From Tetramitus jugosus (Eukaryota; Protista; Heterolobosea): 64,000 nucleotides of DNA. Shown here piece after piece: positions 1-9,833 of the stretch; positions within the stretch are counted from its first letter, which is position 1; every line of letters begins with the position of its first letter. Location of the stretch: assembly GCA_937625935.1 (NCBI GenBank), contig OW569359.1, positions 248,001 through 312,000 on the forward strand, in the 5' to 3' direction. Position numbers and translations under genes: made by a program. The notes beneath the pieces were generated by a model that saw only the letters and a program-made list of their open reading frames with translations, was not told the origin of the DNA and did not search any database.

Positions 1-814
1 CCACATCACCCATCTCCAAATGCACCACATCACCTACAACGAGATCCTTGACTGGTATTTGAGCCAAATGACCACCATCGCGCAACACTTTACAAGTCGG
101 TGGCAACATGTTTGAAATACTCTTCATGATTCTACCACTCATAAACTCTTGAACAATCTCGAATCCCGCATTAATGAAAATGACAATAATGAGAACAATG
201 CCTTGAACGAGATTGGTAATGTCCGGCTCAGGTTCACCCAATGGCTTATAGGCCAAAATGGACAAGATGGCAGCAGGCCACAATATCAAACAAAACCCAG
301 TACAAAAGTGACCCAAAAACTTTAGCACCTTTTTCAAGTAGTTTCTCTTTGGAGAAATGACATTCAATCCATCTTTTTTTCTCCGACTCTTCACTTGATA
401 GTCCGATAGACCCATGGAGAAATCGGCGATTTGATAATGAGATTTGACTTCATCTTCTGACATGAGATGATAGCTCTCGACAGGCACAACTGCAACCACT
501 TTTTCACTGCCCTTCTTTTTCTCATGATGACCACCACCACTCGCAGCAGTAGCAGCAGCAGGAAGAGTGAGTTTGACAGTAGGTCTTCTGGCTCTCTTCA
601 TTTGTTGCGCTTTTTGATGATAATCATCATCATTGTCATTGTAATCATTGTCATCATAGTTGATACTATTGTCTTTACTATTGTAGGACAAGAGTTGAAT
701 ATTGTGGCTACTGTTGTGGTGGTTGTCATTGTTGTTGTTGTCCATGGACACATAGTCTCCATCACCACCACTATTGTCGTCATTGTCATTCAAGCTCAAC
801 AAGGATTCATTCAT
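1..814 (-). CDS. P-type ATPase, type IIC (Na+/K+ or H+/K+ alpha-like), N-terminal part; runs off left edge
   Basis: Not in ORF track. Manual translation from ATG at 814: low-complexity N-terminus, then GLSDYQVKSRRKKDGLNVISP (cation ATPase N domain), TM1 LILWPAAILSILAYKPLG, TM2 NLVQGIVLIIVIFINAGF, and MLPPTCKVLRDGG..IPVKDLVVGDVVHLEMGD (actuator domain start). Confidence 0.85.
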   Translation of the reverse strand, partial: MNESLLSLNDNDDNSGGDGDYVSMDNNNNDNHHNSSHNIQLLSYNSKDNSINYDDNDYNDNDDDYHQKAQQMKRARRPTVKLTLPAAATAASGGGHHEKKKGSEKVVAVVPVESYHLMSEDEVKSHYQIADFSMGLSDYQVKSRRKKDGLNVISPKRNYLKKVLKFLGHFCTGFCLILWPAAILSILAYKPLGEPEPDITNLVQGIVLIIVIFINAGFEIVQEFMSGRIMKSISNMLPPTCKVLRDGGHLAQIPVKDLVVGDVVHLEMGDV

Positions 815-1046
815 GATTTACAAGTAGTAGTGCAATGTCGTCAGAATGAACTAATAGTTGTGAAAAAACAGAAAAAAGGATGATAAAGGAAAACAGGATG
901 CAAAGGCTATCAAACTTTCGAATTTGTTTTGTGCGGTCAGTGGGCTGTGGGTACACTGGGTGGGTGTGCGTAGTCTCCCTGCTGCCGATTCAGCGAACGC
1001 TGTCGGACACGGCAACATTCATTGAAATGGGGAAAATTCACAAACA

Positions 1047-1054
1047 CGGAGAAA
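1047..1054 (+). promoter_or_regulatory. CGGAGAAA promoter-proximal motif (one of six exact intergenic copies)
   Basis: About 50 bp upstream of the LAP ATG (1103). Other copies at 7072, 14556, 30911(-), 45152 and 63754(-). Confidence 0.5.
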
Positions 1055-1102
1055 TGGTGTAATTGTGCCACACAAAGTTGCGATCATCCAAACAACAAAA
1101 AC

Positions 1103-2890
1103 ATGACATCTATCATCAAGAGTGTTGATCTCGTGATTGGCGTCTCAAAAAACAAGAGTCTCAACAATCAAATTCAATTGACTAGCATTGGAGAGCAATG
1201 GTTGATCAACAACAATTCCCTTCCCTCATCCATCACGAGAAGCTTTCATCATTTGAATCAGTGCAAAATGATGCACAATGTCATGGATGATAACCTCAAT
1301 GGACTATTGTCCAATCATGCAATCGAATACTTGAAGAATAAGAATTATCAATTGAATCGCATTGTTTTAGTCTGTTATGCCACTGATGCCATTGATGGCA
1401 CTGATGAAGAACAAGATGAAAATGATAGAAATCACTACATTCGTCAACAATACTCATCTCTCTCATCCCATAATGACAATAATGACAATAATAATAATAA
1501 TGATATTGGAAATGCAAGAAATGCAGTGAATCATGCCATTCAATCACTCGTCAAGGACAGCAGTGAACAGGAGACTCAACATGTGTTGGTGGACACTAGT
1601 ATGATGACTAATATGGATCATGTTGAATCCTATGGTCAAATGATTCAACAAGTATCAGAAGGTGTTCATCTCATGAATTATCACTTTTATTTGCCTAAAC
1701 AACAACAAGAAGAAGAAACACAAGATTCTCAAAAAGAACAACAACAGGAAGAAGAAAAGAATGCAAAGACTATGCAATTTGAACCATTGTATGCGCCATC
1801 ATCTCAATCATCTCAATTGTTGAACACTCATTGGAAGAGAGGTATGATTTTTGCACACAATCAAAACTATGCTCGTTTCTTGCAAGAGTTGCCTGCCAAC
1901 TACTGTACTCCCCATCTGTTTTGTCAAATGGTGTTGTCCGATGTTATGAATGACAATCAAAATTTGTTGTTCAGTCAAGAGACAAGTACTACTACGAGTG
2001 CAGCAGTATCGGGAGCCACTGTCTTGATTCATGATAGACAGTGGGCCGAGTCACACAACATGAACTCATTCCTCAGTGTGTCCAACGGATCTGTTGAACC
2101 TCCATTTGTTCTCGAGTGTCAATACATGAACAACAAGAAGAATGGTGAGAATGATGCAATTGATTTGATTCTGGTTGGTAAGGGAGTCACATTCGATGCC
2201 GGTGGTCTCAGTCTCAAACCAGGTGCTGGCATGAAACTCATGAAGAGTGACATGGGTGGTGCTGCGACTGTTGTGGCTGTGTTTAGAGCTATTGTTCAAT
2301 TGCAACTTCCCATCAATGTCATTGCTGTGTGCATGATGGTGGAGAATATGATTGATTCTCGCGCGACTAGACCAGGTGACGTGATTACTGCATCCAACGG
2401 AAAGACCATTGAAGTAGACAATACAGATGCAGAAGGTCGATTGGCACTTGCTGATGGTTTGGTGTATGCCTCTAAGCGATCTCCACGCTACTTGGTTGAT
2501 ATGGCTACATTGACGGGAGCAATCGGTGTTGCGTTGAGTGATGCTGCCACTGGCTGTTTCACAACTACCAATCACATGTGGAATTTGTTTGAGAGAGCTT
2601 CCATTCAGTGCGATGATCTCTTTTGGAGAATGCCATTGTTCAGAGCTGCATACAAGAAGCAATTGCAGGCCTTATCCGCTGATTTGAACAATGTTGGTGG
2701 TCGTGCTGGTGGTGCATGTACTGCTGCTGCCTTTTTGGCTGAGTTTGTCGATTTTGACAAGGTGAAGCACTTTGCTCACTTGGATATTGCTGAAGTTGTA
2801 ATTCCTGAGGCAACTGGCGAGTGTGGCACTGGTAGATCCACTCGTACTGTCATTTCCTTTGTTGAATCATTGGTACAACAATCAAAATGA
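1103..2890 (+). CDS. LAP3: Cytosol leucyl aminopeptidase, M17 family
   Basis: VGKGVTFDAGGLSLKP, MKSDMGG, NTDAEGRL, DMATLTGA and HLDIA motifs with all metal ligands intact. Likely start is MTSII at 1103, after a CAA-rich leader. Confidence 0.95.
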   Translation: MTSIIKSVDLVIGVSKNKSLNNQIQLTSIGEQWLINNNSLPSSITRSFHHLNQCKMMHNVMDDNLNGLLSNHAIEYLKNKNYQLNRIVLVCYATDAIDGTDEEQDENDRNHYIRQQYSSLSSHNDNNDNNNNNDIGNARNAVNHAIQSLVKDSSEQETQHVLVDTSMMTNMDHVESYGQMIQQVSEGVHLMNYHFYLPKQQQEEETQDSQKEQQQEEEKNAKTMQFEPLYAPSSQSSQLLNTHWKRGMIFAHNQNYARFLQELPANYCTPHLFCQMVLSDVMNDNQNLLFSQETSTTTSAAVSGATVLIHDRQWAESHNMNSFLSVSNGSVEPPFVLECQYMNNKKNGENDAIDLILVGKGVTFDAGGLSLKPGAGMKLMKSDMGGAATVVAVFRAIVQLQLPINVIAVCMMVENMIDSRATRPGDVITASNGKTIEVDNTDAEGRLALADGLVYASKRSPRYLVDMATLTGAIGVALSDAATGCFTTTNHMWNLFERASIQCDDLFWRMPLFRAAYKKQLQALSADLNNVGGRAGGACTAAAFLAEFVDFDKVKHFAHLDIAEVVIPEATGECGTGRSTRTVISFVESLVQQSK

Positions 2891-3014
2891 GCACTCGGAT
2901 GCAATAAACACGATATCACCAATAGCAATCGAGCATTCGAAAAATATTTCTTACGGCCAACAATAACACTCGAAATCAATCATCCCGCAATAATGAACAA
3001 ACAACTTGATTAGC

Positions 3015-6000
3015 ATGAATCTCAATAAGCAAACAGAAGAAGATTACCTCCTTGTTTCCATAGAAGAGGTGTTCGAGCTAGATACAAGCGAACTGGAAAA
3101 GCAGCTCAAAAGGGTCCAAGTAGCCTTGTGTTTGAGCTCCTCAAATACATCGGAGCTGAAGATGATTGAGAGAACGATACAGGAGGAGTTGAACGAGAGA
3201 CAATCTACAGATAATCTGCTTTCTGCACTTTATTCAATGAAGAGCACGTATCAACCCACTCCTGTGGAAAAGAAGCACAGCTTCAAGGAAATCTCGACAT
3301 CTATTGAGTCGTTTCCGAAATGTCAGAAACGAACAATGCCTCTATGTGAACTTCCAACACTGAATATTTCAAAAGTAGACAGCAACATTGAAGAGGAAAG
3401 TATGATGAACGAACGAACAAAAATCGAGCAAGCTACCCCATTATTTATTCCACCTCTAAAACGAATTCTTCCTAATATCGTGAACAAATCCTCTCTCTAT
3501 CATATCACTGTGAGAAATTATGTTCCACTCCCCAGTCCAAAGAGAACGAAGAAGCGAAACGTCATAGCTACTGGAAGTAATATCAGCCTAGTCAAAACAG
3601 CAAGGCATAGAGGAAATGTCTCTTCAAGTGATACTCTTATGAAACAGAGACCACATACAACCAACGACTGGTTATCGAGAAAACATGTGAAGCGGAAGAT
3701 GTACGTGGCAAGAGATAGAGAGAAACTTATGTCGAACTCTGATGTTTCTGTTGGTAGTTGGTTGGTACGAGAAGATACAACTGACAACGATCCAACTCTC
3801 CATTCTACTGAAGGTCAACTCCCTGACATTGTAGAGTCGAATCCAGAAAACTCAATGTCAAATCATCTTTCTGAGTTTGACCTGGAATCTGTTGAGGAAG
3901 GTAGACAACAGGACACTCTAACTGAATTCATCTCAGGTGTAGAAGATGAACCTGCATTACAGGATGTTCAAAACAACTTCAGTAACACCTCTTTTCCTTC
4001 AGAATTCGACTTTCTCCCAGAATTAGTGGCAGAAACGTCTCATCCAGAAGAAAAGGATCAATTACATTCAACATATATCAACAGTTGTAATAGTTGCGAT
4101 CGAGTTCAGATTATCGGATACCGAGATGAAATGGAGAAAGGATCGCCCGCTCTAAGTGAAACTTTATCGGATGTCCACAAACATGAAGAAATACTCGAAG
4201 ACCCACAAAGAGAGAATAATCAATTTGAACATACGAACGAGCTTCCTTATCCAGCGGTAAACTTTAATAACGAAGTGAAAGTAGCATATGATCCAGTCGA
4301 TCATGAAATTATGAGTGTGAACAATTTCGTTACCCCTCATGTATCTCCCGAATGTAAATTACCTATTCAATCTGACGTCGTAGCTGACATAAAGTATGAT
4401 AAGAAGGATCATGGGGCTTTGTTACTCATGAACAATGATCAAACCAACGACCTTTCTTATAAGGTAAATTCTACGAACGATAAGGACATAACCTTCGAGG
4501 GGCAAATAACAATCAAAGAGCGACAGAATACGTTGATGAAAGATGTCTCAGTCAGCATCCCTGTATATGCAGACTATTCGCCATTCTTTCCGAATCTATT
4601 CTCTATCATGTCTCGTTTCTTCAATCACTCCCAAAGCTTTCTATCTCAAGGAAATCCTCCTCAGTCACAAAAGGGAAAATGGAAGAAAAAGACTAACTTT
4701 GATGCCAGACAATCGAAACAGTATATTAGAGAAATGACGTTTCTGGTTGAACGCTGGCTGAAGGAAGCCCAAGATACAACTGGAGAGAGTGATGCATCGA
4801 AAATTTGTAGAGTACAGGGAAGAGATGAAGTGACAGAGATTCTTCATTCTGCAACGTCCCAATTCAATGGTGATCGAGAAGAACATTGGATGACTACCAA
4901 CTCAGATATAGATTGTTGGAATATTTTTTGGTCATGGTCTTCACAAGTGAAAGTTGACCGAACCAAACTCTTTGTCTTCCAACTCTTCAATCACTTCCCA
5001 AACGCAAAACAACTCACTCGGAAGGACCTACTGGTATGTCACGAATTCATTCTTTCTTCCTAACTTAGTTGAGCTAACTCTCTGATTTTATGTAACAAGA
5101 ATAAGCACATCTCAAGATTTCAAAAGATACACGGAAGAATTGGACTAGGATATGATATTATCCCTTCTTCCTATGTACTTCCGAACGACTACGTTCAATT
5201 CTTGGAACACTTTGCTGCTATTCAGAATGAACAACAGAATGGCGCTGCACATCCTAACTCCGAGTTGAATATCTGGATTATTAAACCTGTCGGGATGAGT
5301 AGAGGGAGAGGAATCACGCTAATGAATGATATTTCTCAATTGAATTACAATTGCAATGTTGTCATTCAAAAATACATTGAGAGGCCCTTGTTGTTAAGAG
5401 GCGGAAAGAAGTTCGATCTACGCATCTACGTTCTCGTTACTCGATTTGCTCCCTTGGAAGCGTTCATCTATCGAGAGGGTTTTGCACGGTTTGCCAGTGA
5501 AAAGTACACGACCAAGATTGAACACTTGGACAACAAGTTTATCCATTTGACCAATACTGCCATTCAAGACTATTTTTGTGATGAAGCTGATAGAACAATG
5601 GACACTAAATGCACATTGGAGGATTTAAAGTATTTGTTAGACAGATGCGACATTGACTTCGAAATTCTCTGGGACCACATTGTGAATACTGTCTTAAAAT
5701 CATTGTGTATTGTTGAGCAATCCATTGTAGGAAGCCCCAACAACAGCAATACTAGTAACCCACACCCCCTTGGTTTCATCAATAGCTTCGAACTCTATGG
5801 TTATGATATTTTGTTTGATCAAGAATTGAAACCTTGGTTAATAGAGGTGAATGCATCACCCAGCATGGAGTGCAACATTGCAATTGACCATTCAGTGAAA
5901 ATTCCATTGATCCGAGACACGATTCACTTATTAGATCCATTGTATTGTAACATGAATCAACTCAAAGACATTTTACAATCAATGAATGCCACGTCATCAT

Positions 6001-6161
6001 CATCATCATCCATCATTACCAAGAACACCAACAAGCACCTGCATCAAATCTTCAATGGAAAACTACCGAGAGCCTATGGACAATTACCGAGTCACATGGG
6101 CATGTACGAACGAATTGCACCATCCAAATCATATGATACACTGAAACGATCCACAGTGTAA
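3015..6161 (+). CDS. Tubulin-tyrosine-ligase-like (TTLL) tubulin glutamylase with long disordered N-terminus; 2 exons
   Basis: Intron 5034-5099 (GTATGT..CTAAC..AAG) joins NHFPNAKQLTRKDLL to NKHISRF in frame. WIIKPVGMSRGRGI, QKYIERPLLL, KFDLRIYVLVT, FELYGYDILFD and PWLIEVNASPS motifs. Confidence 0.92.
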
Positions 6162-6408
6162 ACGATTGAGATCTGGGATATTCAAGTGTGTGTGCGTGAG
6201 CTCCATCAAGGTGCCCCACCCACATCATACATCATCCCTGGTCCATTTGTGAAAAAAAAAACACAAAGCAAAACACAAAATCGACTCCCATCCCATTAAT
6301 TGTACAATTCACACCACACACACACATACATGTGCATGTGATTTTATTATTATTATTATTAGTATTCTTATTCGAATGTGTCTCGATCGAAATAACAATA
6401 ATAATGCT

Positions 6409-6855
6409 TTAGTTCTTTGGCATGATTTGAGCAATGAACATTTCATAGTTCAACAATCCCTCGTCATTGATATCAGCATCTCTCAACAACATGTCCACTT
6501 CTTCAGTAGTCATCTTCTCGCCCAGTGTAGTCAACACGTGTCTCAACTCTGAAACACTAATGTATCCGTTGCCTTCCTTGTCAAACAACTTGAAACAGTC
6601 CTTGACCAAATCAATACGATCACCATCGAATGGCTTCTCGTCCAACACGGTCAAGAATTGGTTGAGAGAAATGGTGCCAGCATTGGTAGGGTCAATCTTT
6701 TTTTGCAATTCAATCACTTGTCTATCGGTAGGGTTTCTTCCGACAGCTCTGATCAATGAACCCAACTCTTCAGTTGGAATCTTGTCCTTGCCCTTGCTGT
6801 ACAGGTTGAATGCTTGCTTTACATCATCTAATTGATCAGTTGTTAGTCTTGACAT
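6409..6855 (-). CDS. Calmodulin-like / myosin light-chain-like EF-hand protein (148 aa)
   Basis: Calmodulin length and register; ELGSLIRAVGRNPT, FDKEGNGYISVSELRHVLTTLGEKMT. Only EF3 is canonical. Confidence 0.9.
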   Translation of the reverse strand: MSRLTTDQLDDVKQAFNLYSKGKDKIPTEELGSLIRAVGRNPTDRQVIELQKKIDPTNAGTISLNQFLTVLDEKPFDGDRIDLVKDCFKLFDKEGNGYISVSELRHVLTTLGEKMTTEEVDMLLRDADINDEGLLNYEMFIAQIMPKN

Positions 6856-7246
6856 GTTGATATTTGTTTGTTGTTGTTTGTTGGTTGTTTGTTGGGTAGA
6901 TGGGTGGAGTTGTTTGTTTTTGAGTGTTTTTTTGTTAAGCTGCAGTGTAAGTGATGAGAAGATTCGTACTGGGCCAAGATGCTGGGCGGTGGATTGTGCT
7001 TGTCACACAAGCACTTGTCAAAAAAAGACGTTTGATAGGTGCACCGTTTGATTGATGGCCGTTGAAAGATTCGGAGAAATTGAATTGGACATTGGCGCGA
7101 ATGGAATGAAATTTACAGCAAATCGCTCTCTTCTCCGATCGTTTTTCAGAAGAGAAAATGAGAACCAGCACACATCGTAAGAAACGTGAGTGATTTTACT
7201 GAGAGGGATTCACTTTTTTAGTTCCATCCAACATTGACAAGGAAAC

Positions 7247-7822
7247 ATGAACATTCCATATCACACGACAACGAACAGAAACAAGACTTATAGCTTGGAT
7301 CATGATGAAGGAGGAGATTACAGAAGAGGCGATCCATACGAAAAATCGGAACATTCAATGACCAGAGAACATGAAGAAATTATCAATGGTTCACTTCAGT
7401 ATGTGAATAAAAGATTTGATAGGATGCAACAAGATGCCAACAACATGTACAATATGCATAACAATTCTCATGTCCAATCTCAAATGAATCAAATCCAATC
7501 GAGGCAGCAACAATTGGAAAATGAAAAGAGGGAACAGTTGAAAGAGGACACGAGAGACTATCTCAACAAGCACACTAGAACTGGTACCGGGATTAAGGGA
7601 AGAGATCACCCATTGTACAAGACTACCAACAACCACTATGGGGCAAAGGAGACCTCTCAGCTACACAAGAGCAATCAATACCACGGACAGAATGGATTCT
7701 TTACCAAGGAATTTGTGGGTGGAATGTACCGAAATCACAGCCTCAACACCAATCGCACAAGAAACAGCACTCTCAAGGATCCATCATTCGGTAACAATGA
7801 AATCTTTGAACATGGCATCTAA
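7247..7822 (+). CDS. PIERCE1/2-like (FAP182/DUF4490) axonemal microtubule inner protein
   Basis: C-terminal HPLYKTTNNHYGAK..YHGQNGFFTKEFVGGMYRNHSLNT resembles the recalled PIERCE pattern YRTSNxxYG...F...GMxRNxxLN. Confidence 0.7.
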   Translation: MNIPYHTTTNRNKTYSLDHDEGGDYRRGDPYEKSEHSMTREHEEIINGSLQYVNKRFDRMQQDANNMYNMHNNSHVQSQMNQIQSRQQQLENEKREQLKEDTRDYLNKHTRTGTGIKGRDHPLYKTTNNHYGAKETSQLHKSNQYHGQNGFFTKEFVGGMYRNHSLNTNRTRNSTLKDPSFGNNEIFEHGI

Positions 7823-8013
7823 CGTTAGAAATAAATTGTTCGTTGTATCTTCTCCACAGGTGAATCCACAGAATGTCCCAGACGCATTTCAGAAAAGAAA
7901 CCTTCAACCAAACTAAAAAAACAACGAAAAAAACTGCGACAGTTTTTCACAATCCCGGCAAAAAACAGAAAGAAAAAAAAACAAATCAAACTACAATCAC
8001 ACAAATATTGATC

Positions 8014-9066
8014 ATGTCTGCTGTTGACGCATCACAATTGGGTCTCGATTTGACCAAGAAGCCAAAGAAAACAAAGTCCTCCTCGACTGCTGCTGCCGCA
8101 GATGGTGAAAAAAAGAAGAAAAAGTCTTCCACCAAGAAGACTGTTGCAGTGGATGAACAAGAATTGATTCAAATTGAACAATCATCTGTATGTGTCTCTC
8201 GCACTTGATCCATGTGTATTCTTTTTTTTCTCCATTGATTATTCACTGACCCAATTCTGAATACACAAAAAAATACAAAAAAAATACACAAAAAATTACA
8301 AAACAACAATACAAAAAAAAATACACAATCATCATCAATTCAACAATACAAACAGCTATTCAATGCAGAGACTGCAGAAGTGAGAAGCAAGAAACAAATC
8401 AAGGAACAAGATGATGCCATTTTTGTTCCATTGTCTGCTGATGAGTTGGAAGAAGTGATTGAATTGATTGATGCACTCTCTACCACCACCACCAACAACA
8501 ACAACTCTCATGGTGCTGATGGTGACTTGTTGGATGGTGGTGGTGACTCTGCTGAAGCCACATGGTTAGACTCTGACAGAGACTACTACTATCCAGAGTT
8601 GTTGGGACGTATCACTGACATGCTCAGAAGAAACAATCCAGAATTGTCTGGCACGAGAGCCAAAAAGATTAGAATGAAGATTCCACAAGTGGCCAAAGAC
8701 GGTCCAAAAAAGACTGTTTTTATCAACTTTGCAGAAATTTGTCAGAATTTGAACAGACAACAGGAGCATGTCATGACATTCTTGACTGCTGAATTGGGTA
8801 CCAATGGTACTACTGACAGCAACCATCGATTGACTGTCAAGGGTTCATTCAGAGGCAAGGACATTGAAAGTGTGCTCAGAAAGTACATTTCAGAGTATGT
8901 TGTGTGCCGCGTGTGTGGCAGTCTCGAAACATCTCTCAGCAGAGATGCCAACACTCGTCTCTACTCTCTCAGCTGCACCAGTTGTGGAGCCAGTAGAACT
9001 GTTTCTGCAGTCAAGCAGGGTTACATGGCCAACATTGTTCCACGTAAGCGTAGAGCTGCACCATAA
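8014..9066 (+). CDS. EIF2S2: Translation initiation factor eIF2 beta; 2 exons
   Basis: Lys-rich boxes in exon 1; in-frame intron 8188-8355; DRDYYYPELLGR, FLTAELGTNG and C2-C2 zinc finger CRVC..CTSC. Confidence 0.95.
8260..8330 (+). repeat. Degenerate (ATAC[AC]A5-9)n A-rich tandem repeat inside the eIF2-beta intron
   Basis: atacacaaaaaaatacaaaaaaaatacacaaaaaattacaaaac...atacaaaaaaaaatacac seen directly. Confidence 0.6.
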
Positions 9067-9142
9067 ATAAATATCTCGTATGAGCAGTGCTATTATATTC
9101 ATGTCCCGTATTAATCACACTGTCATTCCTTTCTCAGAGTGG

Positions 9143-9668
9143 TCATTCTGAAACTTCAATCTGAGAACTCTTCGTGCATTGAGGTGCGAGCTGAGTCATG
9201 TTGTTCATCAAGTAATGTTCGAGAGTGAGAGGGGATAGCTTGGAACATGCTTTGATCCTCTCCAATACATTGTCAACACTAGCTGAACGAATGTCGCCAG
9301 ATCGCAAATGGAACAATCTTTGCGATTCAAGACCGACATCACATTGAAAAGTAGTGGCAGACAAGGAGGACAGCTGAAAATAATTCGATGATCATCACAT
9401 ACGAATCAACATAAATAAAAATTATTAATAATTTAAGAAAAGTAAAATGTTTCTTAACACATATTCATTTATTTTCTTCATATTTAATTTAGATCCATAT
9501 TACAGTACTGTATAGTAGGACAGTTAATTTTTATTATGATCACGAATTTAATTGTAAATCCAGTTTGATTTATTAAGCATTTCCTAATACCATGAACGTT
9601 ATCCTGTCCCACCAATGGTGTTTCTGCTTCTTGAAGAAGTGATCGTGGTTTTTTTTGTTGTTTGTCAT
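9143..9668 (-). CDS. Putative 102-aa orphan protein; 2 exons
   Basis: ATG at 9668 (MTNNKKNHDHFFKKQKHHWWDRITFM), phase-0 intron 9374-9590 (GTATTA..TTTTCAG), in frame with the 9143-9364 ORF. Weak donor, no recognisable domain. Confidence 0.3.
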
Positions 9669-9833
9669 CTTTTCTTTGTTTGTTTCAGCTCATGCACGAA
9701 ACACGGCCGAATCACTCACGAACTCACCAGAAAGCAACTCGCTCGATACTTGGTCAACAGTAAGTGTTTGCATCTTAATTGGTGTTGCGTTTACAGGTTA
9801 AATCAACATTTATTCAGGTGGTTCTCTGTCCAC

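Noticed and set aside
467-883. 138-aa hydrophobic plus-strand ORF that looks like a membrane protein
   Set aside because: Antisense shadow of the Asn/Asp-rich N-terminus of the P-type ATPase.
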